NCBI GenBank assembly: GCA_002633005.1 | Contig: NMRA01000385.1 | Coordinates: forward strand, 65,839 to 129,838 | Origin: Phoronis australis | Taxonomy: Eukaryota > Animalia > Phoronida | Length of the DNA stretch: 64,000 bases | Direction: 5' to 3' | In this document: one piece after another, positions 26,727 to 39,169 of the stretch | Numbering within the stretch: position 1 is the stretch's first letter | Layout of the letters: each line of letters begins with the position of its first letter | Position numbers and translations under genes: made by a program | The notes under the pieces: model-generated | What the model was told of the DNA's origin: nothing | Databases searched by the model: none | The model's input: the letters and a program-made list of their open reading frames with translations, nothing else

Positions 26727-26987
26727 TTAAAACTGGTCTGGTCACCACAATGGTGTAGCAAAGGTTATTGTCGACCGGGGTGGATGAAAATAGTGCCATT
26801 TCCCTTGTGGGTGCCTTGTAATGTCTCACCCCTAAACCCAAAGTGATTCTATTTCTGTCACTTTTTTGTATATTAGTACTCCTGTTCATGCTATGGTCAT
26901 CGAAATAATCAACTAGGATGTGTTCCACTGACCCAAAATTCTCGGCAAAAAGCAAGAGTAATCTTTGCAAAATCACGCAAACGAAAG

Positions 26988-27031
26988 GTATATACTAGAG
27001 ACCATACTAGCATATGGTCTCTAGTATATAC
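26988..27031. repeat. Perfect 19-bp hairpin; 28-bp micro-element between gtatatac direct repeats
   Basis: gtatatac-tagagaccatactagcatatggtctcta-gtatatac. Confidence 0.7.
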
Positions 27032-27825
27032 TGTGATACCAAAGAAAATGAAGTGCTTAAGTTGGTGAGGTTAAAATGTTGAATTATATGGTGTAGAATC
27101 CATCAATTATCGGTTAGAATTCACTGGTTCTGCTCATTAAGCTAAGATCTTTCCTCACAAGTGCAATCTAACGCTTCATGTCGAGGGAACACAGCTCAGG
27201 ATAAAAAGGTGCCAACTCTTGGTGCCTGTCATAGTTTGAACAGTCACATGACCTGCAAGACAAGGACCACGGATTGAAAACAAATAATGAACAAATTAAG
27301 ATCTTGAAAATGTCCTTGTCCTCACTCAGTATAGGCCAACAACAAAATAACATTTCCACATCATTAGTCTTTACAGTGCTACACACAGGCTGTATTTTGG
27401 GCATTCAGTCTTTTCAAGAAATAAATTATCTATGCTCTAGTGACACATTTTGTGAATTGCACATCAGACCAAGGATACATTATGAGCCATGCAGTCAAGA
27501 GTTTCTGGTGGTTCTGTGATGTTAGCTCCTCTACTTTTCAATAAGTAAAACCCAGGAACTTAATTCTTGAAACTAATCATTTTTCTCAAGAGAAATGTTT
27601 TTGATAATTTCATTGAAAACTTGAAATGTCCAATTAGTTCCATAACAATTAAGTTAAGTGTGCTTATTTTGTATGTTGTTTTCCTGCTAAAAGCTGCACA
27701 TTATGCCATCTCAATAAAAGGTATCAAAATCTCCAACAAATGAATGATTAATATATACCCTGCAGTATATAGTAATTTTAACACAATTCATGCAAAGAGA
27801 AAAGAGTATTGTTCTCCTTTTACAG

Positions 27826-27973
27826 GGGATCTGTAACTGCCTTTGAAGACAGTCCAATCAAAATTGAAAACCTTGCTCATGGCCTTGGTAACAGTCCTGG
27901 TGAACAGAATGGTGACACTTACTTTAAGTGGGATTCATTCAGTTTCAACACACCCACCCTTAACACTCTAGAG
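27826..27973 (+). CDS. exon (GSVTAFEDSP...LNTLE)
   Basis: ttacag|, |gtatgt. Confidence 0.85.
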
Positions 27974-30310
27974 GTATGTACAGTGTTGTTAACGTCAAAC
28001 AAATGTGTTGACCAAGCAGGAGGTGCAGAATTTTGCTGTTCCAATCATTTGTACCATGTTCCTTCAAAATATGCTTGTGACAGATTTTTGTATAATAATA
28101 TGATCTGATTGTCTTGCATACTGCTCTATGTGTTGAAGTTGTCAGCAAATTTTGGCGAATTAAATCAAATTCTGCTGGAATTTTGTTGATACCTGGTCAG
28201 GGATTAGTCAAATACGTGAATTTTTGTGGGAATGGAAAAGATTTCAATGTTAATTAAAGTGTAGACTGATGGTTCAAAATGACAAACAGTTCCCAACCAG
28301 TGAATATTCCAGACAGCAGTGGTTTTCAAATGCTGCCAATTTGGTCTGTTGTCAAATGCTCCTGGAAGTCTTTTGTTCAGCATCACACATTGTGGTACTC
28401 AACCTTGAGTTATTTTTCTGCCATGATTGAAGGAGTTACATGTTGATTGTGCTAATTGCTCTGCTGTACAGAAAAGGAACTTGGATCAAGGTTTGTGATA
28501 TTGTGGTCCATTGATACACAGCAGTTTTTGAGCTTATCAAGAAATTGACTTTACTCCAAACTCTTAAATAGTCAAATTCTAATTCATCTCTCTGTTTGAC
28601 ACACTGTTTGACTGACCTAGGTTTTACATTAGAATGCTCAAATGTTTCTGTGCTAAAGTGGAACAATGTGTCATACCCCACTTCACTTATCAAATTTCAT
28701 TAAGTGTCTGTGCTTCAATTCACAGCTTGCGCATGCATCTTCAGTAGATTAACGTGAATACTGGATGTCATAGTAATTTTGCTGTAAAATAGCAAAATTA
28801 GTTCAACAGCAGTTTCCAACTTTTGAACAAGCGCCCTGATGACATAACGTGTTTTGGTTGTGACAGACTGGCCCGAAAATCCTCCCTTCATTTTTCGTTC
28901 AGTCGAAATTCCTGAGTAAAGCACATGGCTTTATTTGGCCAGTAACATGCCATTTCACGCTAATACACCTTAGCCGATGGCGTTAGATAAGAGTTGCCTA
29001 ACGAAACAACACGTCTGTTTTCACTTTTTTGTTCTTTTGGTGGATTTAAACTAATAGTAGATTCGAAATCTTCATAAAATTTCGACCTTCGTACGTGCTC
29101 TTCCAGTATCGGTGAAGTGTTAGCTGAGGTCACTTTAGTCAGATCAGCCGAGTTTGAAGTAACTTTTAGTATTGGTACGCAGTAAAGCAATTTCGTTTGT
29201 TTTTTAATTTTATAACACTTATAATTTCAAAGTAAATACACAGAAATTGGAGTGGACCTGAGTTAAAATTCCTGAGAAAGTAACAAATTTCACGAATTGA
29301 TGAATCCGCAATGGTCTAATTTGCAAAGTGCTACAGTATCCTAAGTAATCCGTTCTCGTGGGTGTCATGAGCCTTGTGTGAGCTGTGAAGTTTTGTCATT
29401 TTTGCCATTTCAAAATGAGAGCGACAGGTGACATACATTTTTGTTGTAAAGCGAAAATACCTATGAAATTCGGATGAAAAATGACACTAATGTCAATAGT
29501 TAACCGATTTTTGTTGGAAGTCATGGCGAAAAGTGACACTAAAAAAATTTACCCAAACTTTTTGCTTCAAAATTCCATCTATTTTCCACGAAAATTATTG
29601 TGAACTTTTTAGACCACCACATTACATTCAATGCTGAACAGCGGTTCGACCACGGCATAGTTATTCGTTGGTTATACCATCCCCAAACACATATGTTACA
29701 AGTTTTGTTCGTTAAAAATGAATTGTAGAAAGAATATATTGGAGCGATCGAACGTTATAAATGACAGGTATGTTACAATGCAACTCAATTGTGCTTTCCT
29801 GAACCTTCTAATTCAATCTGTAGATATTGGATTAACTAAACAGACTTGTTGAAAAAGTGCTGTATCGTATAAACTTAATGTTGCGCGGTGTTATTGAATC
29901 GTAAATTTGGCCACTGAAAAAAGTTTGATGTGAATATGTTGACATTCAAGGCATCTCATAATTCAGTTAAAAGTAATTCCATTGCCAGACCAGGCCGAGA
30001 GGATAATGAACTATTGAAATGGCTGATAAAGTTTATAGTCCTTGTAACCTCTGAGATTCTATCACGATCATTTCACATTATGGACGTGTAGCATTGGCGG
30101 TAAATAGAGCAGAATCTGAGAAGGTACAAGTGTATTTCAGGATGTGCATTTTCATGAATATTACTTAATTATGTCGTTGGGCTTATTGTTTCAATTCTCA
30201 TAAACATTCGAATTTTTCATACTGGACTAAATATTTTCCGAGATGGAAATGAAATTATGCAGTCTCACACCATCCAAGCAGGCTGATATTCAATGTTATG
30301 GCCATTTCAG

Positions 30311-30511
30311 ACAGGAGATATGCAGAGTTTCACGCCTCCGAAGGAGGGTCGCTTGTCCAACGTCGAACCTATGGCAGAATCTGAGGAGAAATCACCTCGT
30401 GTCTGTGCCAGAAGATGCCTGAACTATGGTCGCAAGTGTATTTCCTTCATGTACGACGTGGTAAACAAAGCATGTGTGTTGCTCTCCGTCATATGGAATC
30501 CATCTAATGAT
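30311..30511 (+). CDS. exon, PAN/Apple domain (CARRCLNYGRKCISFMY...CVL)
   Basis: tttcag|, |gtaagt; CxxxC-x5-CxSFxY-x6-CxL spacing. Confidence 0.9.
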
Positions 30512-30860
30512 GTAAGTGAATTGCACAGTGATTAGGTAAGTTTTTATGCACTCCTGTTTTTGTTGATGTTAACTCAACATTTTTGTGGATGTTAGCTACC
30601 ATCATCTTCATCTTCCATTGTGTGACCCCAAAAAATCAAATTTCCTAGTATGAAAGAATACTTGCTGCTGGATCTTATTTCACCCAATATCAAAATATTT
30701 ACAAATTTACTATATTTTCTTAATTTATGACAAGAGCGTATTATGGGATAATCCTTCAAGTAGTCTTACACTTTCATGGTATTATCTAGACAAACTGTCT
30801 TTTCATAAAGAAGTGCGTGCATGCTCATCGATGATTAACTATTTTGTGATCTTTATACAG

Positions 30861-31004
30861 GTCCAGCTTAAGAGCAGTGCTGGCTGGTCTTACTATGAGC
30901 GTCTCAACCTGGGCTATGCTAAGGTGTTCAGATATGACATTGAGACGCAGCACAGCTCTCAGTACTGCATCAACGTGGATGTAACAAATTCTCTGGGATA
31001 CAGG
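30861..31004 (+). CDS. exon (VQLKSSAGWSYYER...TNSLGYR)
   Basis: atacag|, |gtaaga. Confidence 0.85.
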
Positions 31005-31444
31005 GTAAGATAATATGTATCAGAACTTCCAGATTGCTGGGTTATAGTCTGTGTCAGTGTTATGCTTAATAAACAGTGTGATTTGGATAATTTCTATCAA
31101 TGGAAGTTATTAAATCTTAAGTTTGTAATATTAGCCAGAAACTAGCACCAAAGGACCCCGCGGAACAAATTGACATCCGGTTCATTGCATTGGTACTTAT
31201 ATCCATCTGGAAGATTTGTGTACAGTACGGAGTAAATACCTGGATCGAATTACCCAGAATTCTCAGTCACAGTGACTGAGCACAAGCAGGCAAAGCTTAC
31301 TCAGGCAGGTGTTGGTTTGCTGGTGGTGCACGTGTGCCGGTGGAGCAGTTTTTTATCCGTATGCACCGCAGTTAATCTATTGCAGTTGGCATTTATAGTT
31401 TTCATATTGTACCTTAACGTGAATTGGATGTGAATACCTTGCAG

Positions 31445-31700
31445 AATTTCATCAACCCAGGACCTGGTTTCTGCACTATAATAGATTTCACTCCACCAGA
31501 CCCAGCCAATATAGTTAGTCCAAAGTCTGATGAGGTATTGGCTCATTTCTGTGAGGCGGCCATCACCCAAAGATGTCATGAAGTCACAGATCAGCCCAAT
31601 CACAGATACATTGTTGATGGTCCCCAAGACAAAGCAGTGTTCAATGGTCAAAAACCTCTGGAAGAGAAGCTTTATCAGCTGGCGACAAGTTATCTCAATG
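31445..31700 (+). CDS. exon (NFINPG...IDFTPPDP...YLN)
   Basis: ttgcag|, |gtattg. Confidence 0.85.
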
Positions 31701-32037
31701 GTATTGTATACTGAATAACTGAGATGAGTGTTGTGTAGATGGCGTGCTTTATCAGCTGGCAACATTAAAGTTATCTCAATGGTATTGTATACTGAAAAAC
31801 TGAAATTAGTTTCATGCATATGGCATGCTTGAGACTAATATGAGATCTAAATGTGGCATCCACTCCTGTGTAAGCCTTAATTCAGTTCTTAATCTTGGTG
31901 GGCTCAAATCAAGATCAACACTTGAATCATTTTCTGTCTATATATATTATGCACATGCCTGTTGGGGTTTAAGCCTAGGTTAATTCATTGTACATGAACC
32001 ATGTACAGTTGTGTGAACCATAATTATAATCTTTCAG

Positions 32038-32240
32038 CCAACTGGGATGAGTTTGAAGACAAAGACAGTGGCATGTTCGGCTACACTTGGAAGGCTGGAC
32101 GTAGAGTTTGTGGCAACGATACAGCAGACTTTGAGGACCCTCATGCCCACTTGGCCTCCCGTGAACATTGGAACCATAAGGGACTAGCCACGTTTAAGGA
32201 CAAACCTCTGGCAGAGGGACCCTACTACTTCACTGTTCAG
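32038..32240 (+). CDS. exon, FN3-like (ANWDEFEDKDSG...GPYYFTVQ)
   Basis: tttcag|, |gtgacg. Confidence 0.85.
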
Positions 32241-32541
32241 GTGACGGTCTTAAATAAGTTGTGGTTAAATTTCTTTTCATAATGTCTAAATGTGGTTGCC
32301 CATTACAGCCACTTGAAGCCTCATGCTTGATGGTCTATGGTCATGATAAACAGGTCTCACCCTATTCGTATGGCGCCTCATGCTTCTTAAATGTTCATTA
32401 GGCTGCAGATAGGGTGTCTGTCTCATGCAGTCACCATATCACCCACTTAATAAAGATGCATGAAGGCGTCCTTTCAACCACTTTTCAACTTCTGGTTGTT
32501 GTACAACGGCATGATAAACGATGTGTATTTGTATCCTATAG

Positions 32542-32710
32542 GGTCTCAATGATGTCATCTTTGGTGGTGCTCTTGTGACAACTGTCTGTCACAGTCGACC
32601 TATGATCATTGACATATCTCCGCCCCTCTTCTACGCTGTTGACAGTTTCATCTACAGTGAACAGATGAATGTGTTGATCATTGACTTTAATGCCACGGAT
32701 GACCTCTCTG
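32542..32710 (+). CDS. exon (GLNDVIFGG...IDISPP...DDLS)
   Basis: ctatag|, |gtgagt. Confidence 0.85.
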
Positions 32711-32912
32711 GTGAGTAGGGTGACTACACCAAAATCTCACACATTTCATACAATTGCTAAAATATTGCTCTATTTTCATTTTTTCATTTGCTTCTAACAT
32801 TGTTTTAAAGGCCCTTATTCAGGTCCTTATTCTTGTAGACAAGCTAAGTGGTGGCCACTTAGTGATTGGTTGGTTGACACGTTTTTCCCTGTGTGTGCAG
32901 GTGGGTGCAGGT

Positions 32913-33490
32913 TGTTACAGATAGCTGTTAAATAGCTTTCGGTGCGACGATAGACTGAAGGCTGGTTTGAGTTAATCGCCTTATTAATCTCGACCATACG
33001 TTCACAAGCCTATTCAAACAAAACGTCCGACGCAATGTCTGTTATACGTTCCAGCCAGTGCTGCGAAGCCTTGACTGGTGATGAACTTCTAGGAGACACT
33101 TCCAGCAACTGTTACATTTGCTGATTCAAATGACCTGCTGTCTCTATAGCTGGCTCTCTATTGACTGTCGCTGTAACTGTATGGTTCTCTTCCTTAATTG
33201 CAACTCAACTGTAATCCTCTCAACTGTTTAACTGTTAACTGCTTTTACTCCGACTGCTGAACTGCTTAACTGACTAATACAAACCAGGCCTGTGTATTTA
33301 TAGCCTAATGCAATGTTCTAGAACTTTTCACCAATTCAAGCACTTGCCAGAACTTTCCGGAATCTACCCAATCATTCTACAAAATAATATTTAGTAGTCT
33401 CTAGAATATTTCAGACTATATTCATCACTGGCATGCTAGAGTCTTCTAGAAAGTTCCACACTATACTATGGTGAACAAATTACATCATCA
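32913..33490 (-). mobile_element. Probable solo LTR
   Basis: TG...CA ends, minus-strand TATAAATA, ttctaga repeats, cagtt repeats; TSD not confirmed. Confidence 0.45.
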
Positions 33491-33709
33491 CTGTACTGAA
33501 CTTGGGGGTCAGCCCACCAATAACACACACAGAACAATAAAACAGGCAAGAACATTCTGACAGTTGGTGAGGCTCGAATGTTGACCTATGAGGCATATAA
33601 TGCACTGTTTTTGTTCCATCAGCAAAGAATTCTTGTCTAAGTGCCGTACGAGTGTCTTGCATTTATGGAACACACCCCAGATACCCAGATCATTTTTGTG
33701 ACTTTATTG

Positions 33710-33885
33710 TCTCACTGTTTCTGATGATGTCACATCCACTGTTTTTGATGATCTTGTCACATCTACTGTTTATAATGATGATGTCACATCTATTGTTTCT
33801 GATGGTGTCATATCCACTGTTTGTGATGGTGTCACATCCACTGTTTTTGATGATATCACATCCACTGTTTTTGATGATGTCATAC
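33710..33885. repeat. Minisatellite, 24-27-bp unit (gtcacatccactgtttttgatgat)
   Basis: About 7 tandem units. Confidence 0.85.
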
Positions 33886-33957
33886 CTAATGTTCTGGATT
33901 TTGTACCAACTTAACAAATAATATATTGTTGTGATCGATACTGTGGCTCTTATACAG

Positions 33958-34134
33958 GACTCAGCTTAGTTGAGTTTGGCCTGGGACGGTCTAAGTATGA
34001 TGTGAAGCTGAGGTCATATGAAGATGTCAGCACAGACAACCCAGATGTGTTGGCCTTCCTACAACTGACAATGGATGAGATTGTGATGCCCGAGGGTGAA
34101 CCGGCGTGGATCCGACTGCAGATTCTCAACAATG
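33958..34134 (+). CDS. exon (LSLVEFGLGRSKYD...WIRLQILNN)
   Basis: atacag|, |gtagtc. Confidence 0.85.
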
Positions 34135-34975
34135 GTAGTCTGATTTTTTTAGATCCTTTTCACAGATTTTAGTAGCATTCTTATGTGAGGAATGGTTCGT
34201 GAGTGATTAAAGTTCTGTCATTTGTGTAGTTTAATTTTTCACTGAATAACAATGTCCTGAATGTGATTTTCCTTTTTTTGTAAAATTTTCAGGTCATGGC
34301 TACTTGACAATTAATTTGTGTGATGTTAACAGAACTGTTTTTTTGTCAATTGAATGTTTATCTACTGAACAGTGATGTAAAAAATAAACCAGACAGACTT
34401 CGACAACACAAGTTGGGCAAACACCTTAGCCAGAATTATTTTACAGTTATAGTTAAACTTTTTACCAAAAAAAATTGCATTTTGGACTTAATACGGAGTT
34501 TTTGAACTCTGCTCATTAAAATGTGATGTTATTGCACCTACCCGCTAACTGTTTATTTGTCAATGATCTTACAAGGGAATTGTTATTTCGACAAAATGCA
34601 TGGAGCAGCACCTGTCGAGATTTTTTCAAGGTTCATCCTGAATGAAAATTTGTTTTGATTGAAAAGAAGAATATTGCGATTTGCGCTTTGAAACGTAGTA
34701 GAGTAGAAACTTTGACGTCTAGTTTATTATAAAAAATGCATAGCTAGTTCTGTGATGAATCATTAATTGGCACTGTATCATCTGTGACTGGCTTTGCTAA
34801 TTAAACCTTTAATAACATTTAAATTTGCTAAAAGTTCTTTTAGCATGGTTACTCTACTGGTTTCAAGCTCCTTTAGTTAAAAACATGGGGTTGAATTATG
34901 TATAGTACCTGGCATTTGTTCAGTTTTTGTTTAAAATTGTGGCGCCATCAACAGAGGGTTACTGTGTCATTGCAG

Positions 34976-35153
34976 TTGAACTGTTTGTGGCTGGACACGG
35001 TGAAACTCCCCTTCTGGTTGACAAGTCTCCACCAATTGCCGGGACAGTGTACGATGGACTGGACTACAAGCGTGACCTACAGTTCACTAATGACAATACC
35101 AAGTTGTGCGCTCACTGGGTTTATTTCTTTGATCCCCACTCTGGTATCATGAA
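34976..35153 (+). CDS. exon (VDKSPPIAGTVYDG...FFDPHSGIM)
   Basis: ttgcag|, |gtaaga. Confidence 0.9.
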
Positions 35154-36426
35154 GTAAGATTCCCTTCCATTTTGTCTTGGCCTGGTACTGGAAAATGACT
35201 TAAAGAAGGCACTGAAACATGTCCACTGGCATGCTTAAAGTGTTATTCAAATCATGTCCGAGTATGAAATTACACATAACATTTGACAAACTGAACCATA
35301 CTGAAAATTTGAAAGGCGTTGCTGGCTTGTTATTGGATATCCCGTGTGACGTATTATCATGAGAAGCAAAATGCACACATTTCGTTCTTCCACTGGGTAA
35401 ACATACTCTGTTGTCTCTACTCCACATGTTCACATTATTCTTAAGACATTTTTACCATGGTGTTGTGTTTGTGGTAGATGCAACAACACTGCACTCAATT
35501 ACACTGTGCAACATTTGGTCTTTCCACGAGAGTAGGCCCTTGCCAGGAAATGGCACAAATTTGTGAGTGATGCTAGAGTATGAGTCATTTGAAGACACGT
35601 CATGCTTGCCATTTCCTTGGTTTGTAGCAGTCACTTTGCTTAGTCTGGTTTTGACGAGAGTAGCAATTGCGTAGATCACCCTACCTGGGAATCGAACCAG
35701 AGCTGACATACAACCAGCAAGCATATGAATATGCTAAGGCAATCAAGGCATGAAATTGGGAATATTGAAGAGTAACAGATAAAGATTTATTACAAGTCTT
35801 AATTGCAACTACTAAACAAAACGCCTATACCCAGAATGTTGTGATAACAAGTTATTGTTTATTAATTTCATTTTGTCGTAAGTCTTTGCTCCTTTTATAT
35901 GTAGCCAGACAAGGTGCCATGTTATTTGCATGCCATTTTGTTTTCAGCCCCCATACTGTTTCTAGTCCCCACTCTCTGGCCATTATAGTGTTTCTGTTCC
36001 CCATATTCCTGACTGCCTCGGTGTTTATGGATGCCATAACATGACAGACTTGATGGGAATATGTAGGCATGTCTTTGTCTCATTCAGCCTGTGTTAAGTA
36101 ACCTACAAACAAATCAGTTGTATCTGGATGCCACACTGTCTTGACTGGAGTCCATATTGTTTCTTTTGTTGGCCATGCATGAATGCTGGATGGTGTCTAG
36201 TTACACACCATCAGTAACACAGGCTACTGTTTAAGTGGTTTTGGCATTTTGGATGGTGTTTGTTTTATCTGTTATCAGTCCCATTCATCAGCTGCACTGA
36301 AGGTTTATTGTGAACCAGTCAGGAGAGTGGTGTAAACATAATGTGACTCTTTTACAGGTATTTAATTATGTACGCATGGGTTCTACTTTTACAGGTATTA
36401 TGTACGCATGGGTTCTACTTTTACAG

Positions 36427-36620
36427 GTATTATGTACGCATGGGTTCTACTCCTGGTGGTTACGATCTCACCAATAATACTGACATTGTGCTTAGTTACC
36501 GACAAAAGACCTATTGCCACACGGGACTCAGTCTCACCCACAATTCTGTGTACTACACCATGGTGACGGCCTCCAACAGAGGTCTCATACCCAAATATGT
36601 CAATGGCAGCTCTGATGGTG
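36427..36620 (+). CDS. exon, FN3-like (YYVRMGSTPGG...SSDG); alternative in-frame acceptor at 36358
   Basis: ttacag|, |gtaagt; acceptor lies in a tandem triplication. Confidence 0.8.
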
Positions 36621-37565
36621 GTAAGTTGATTTATGCAAAAACTAACTGAAGACCTAAATTGCACTATAATTCCCTTAAAGTCACGTTACTGGCAACAACA
36701 CCAAAAGCTTAACATATATGATCACAGTAAATTCTTTCGAATGACTAGAATGGAACTTTGGGAATCGGTGATTTGTAATAAGATCACATTAAACATTTAA
36801 TTACTAATTTTATCTGTATTGTAGCTGCGGTCAAAGCTATAAACTTGGGGTAGTCCATTCTACCCTGCAGCATCTCTAAACGTTTTTTTCTTCTTCCCAA
36901 AAACCGATGGTACACGTTTGGTAGGCATGCACTAGAGTTTTGTTGAATAGACTGTAACCTGCCTGCAAAAATAAGAATATAATTACTGGGTGATCCATGG
37001 GTGTTGGAATGCCTACTGGATAAGGGTAACAGTGAGTGTGAAGACATTGAAGACACATTATGCAGTGCCATCTGGTGTTATTCTTTGTTTTATCCCTTTT
37101 GAGTACAACTGATTGATATAGTTACTTAGTTTGGACTCAGGTTTGATTAATTTGTATGAGCTGGATTTGTAATTTCTTAACCTTATATTTTGGGAATGCT
37201 TTATTTTTTAAGCTGAAGCTCAGTCATTGTGTTATGTAAGAGGACCAGGGATGTTTGACTCAATTTCTAACAGGTTGAACAACTGGATGTTTTGATATTA
37301 TTGTAGGAGGCTTTGATTACATTCAAACCCATCTGATTGCCACCATAATAATATTCCTTTTTTTCTGGATAGTTTGGCTTCCCATATTTTTGCTGAAAAT
37401 GTTCTACACAGTAAGATGGTGAATCATGTCCAAATAGAAGTACTGCATAAGTTACAAACATGTTCACGCAGTAGCAGCTTGTGGACAGACGTAACAAGTT
37501 ATTGGAGTCTTGGATGCGCTTGCTCGTCTTGCATTGTGCTTAATTAAATGTGCTTATTGTTCCAG

Positions 37566-37676
37566 TGAAAATTGATCTAACCCCTCCAATTCAAGGCAAT
37601 GTAACAGATAGCAGATTTGGTTTGGCTGACCTCAAGTACAGCAGCGATGTTGCTGCTATCATGGCACAATGGGATG
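37566..37676 (+). CDS. exon (VKIDLTPPIQGNVTD...AQWD)
   Basis: ttccag|, |gtatgt. Confidence 0.85.
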
Positions 37677-38059
37677 GTATGTGTAGATGTTTCTTAGAAC
37701 TAATAGCATAGTCCGGACTTTTGTTAAATATTTAAGAGTAAGATGAAACAGAATATTTTGATTAGTTTCAAAGTTGAAGAAACAAAGACAAAATGCAAAA
37801 CATTCTAGTGGTTGTATGTAAATTGTTTATATTTTCCAAAGCTGCAACTTGAATACCGTAATGGTGGGTGAGCTTCAACATCCCCTGCAGTTCACTGCCC
37901 ATGCCAAAAGACCATGTTTGCTGCAAGCTTGCAGCAAACAATTTTGTTTGTAGCAAACCAGCCGTAATGTTTGCAGGAGTTTTCCGCTACCCACAACTCA
38001 GCCGCCCATATTGCCTCAACCTTGCTGCAAACACTAAGTTGCGGCAAACTTGGTGATTC

Positions 38060-38720
38060 AAAAAGTGTTTGCGGAAAGGCTGCTGCAAACTTAATTGATG
38101 AATAAGTGTTTGCAGAAAAGTTGCAGGAAATTTCATTGGTGAAAAGCTGTTTGCAGGAAAGTCGCAGGAAACTGAACTGATGAAAAAGTTATTGCAGGAA
38201 AGTTGCAGGAAACTTAGTTTATTGAATGAAAAAGTGTTTGCGGGAAAGTTGCAGGAAACTTTATTGGTGAAAAGGTGTTAGCAAAGATGAAAAAGTGTTC
38301 ACAAGAAACTCATAGGCAGATTTAAGGGTGGGGGGGCCTTGGCTGCTGCAAAAAAGTAAAATAGTACAGGACTGTGAGGAAATATCGAGCTCATTGTTAA
38401 TGATTAACCCTGGTAATTTAGATGCGGCTCCCGTTTTTTTTTTTGTAGTCTTCCGTTTGTTTCTTAGTAAAAGGTCCACTCCCTCAGAAATTCGAGCCCC
38501 CATATTTTAGGCTGGGTGCCCGATGACCCCCATATCTTAGGCTGGATGACCGACGAGACACAGTGTTGGCCCCCCTGATGGTATCCTAGATCCGCCACTG
38601 AAAGTTATAGAAAAGAGTTTTTGTAGCAAAAATGCAGGAAACTTTAGATAAAAAATTGTGGAACGACTACAACAAACTTAATAGGTGAAAAAGTGTTTGC
38701 TCAAAAGTTGTAGTAAACTT
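38060..38720. repeat. ~40-bp minisatellite (aaaagtgtttgcaggaaagttgcaggaaactt) interrupted by a MITE at 38311-38600
   Basis: Tandem units on both sides of cataggcagattta...tagatccgccactg. Confidence 0.75.
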
Positions 38721-39169
38721 CAATGTTTAAAGTGTTGACATTAAGATTGTGACAATGTTAGAAATTGTGAGATTGTTTTTTATTATTTCAAAGATGCCAC
38801 AAATCCCAGACCCTAAGCAGGGCAGTTACATGTGTTAGAAAACTTACCTAAATGTGACATATGTCTTACCTTCTGTTGCTGGGTAAGTTACATTGTTATA
38901 AACAGGAAAATGCTTAAAGATACCTACATTTGACCCAAAACACTAAGTCTTAGAGAATATAACTGTATCTGCATTACTTTGTTTTTTATTTATTCAGTCA
39001 CCATACTTAACAAATAAAAAACAAAAACTTTCATAATGCTGTCAAAGTTAACTGTACTGTAACTGAAATGGAGATTTTTATAGGCAATGTGGTTTTATTG
39101 CAATTGTAACATGACTGCTTAATGTTCAAGGTTTAGCTCTTGTACATGAAATTAAGGACGTGTTCCCAT

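Noticed and set aside
28690-30100. CpG-richer intronic stretch, possible transposon
   Set aside because: No termini, second copy or coding motif that I could verify
31301-31819. 172-aa minus-strand ORF
   Set aside because: Antisense shadow of a coding exon plus the local duplication; no recognisable motifs
33652-33921. Periodic ORFs on both strands; possible CRISPR-like array
   Set aside because: Head-to-tail minisatellite with no unique spacers and no cas genes; the ORFs are repeat artefacts
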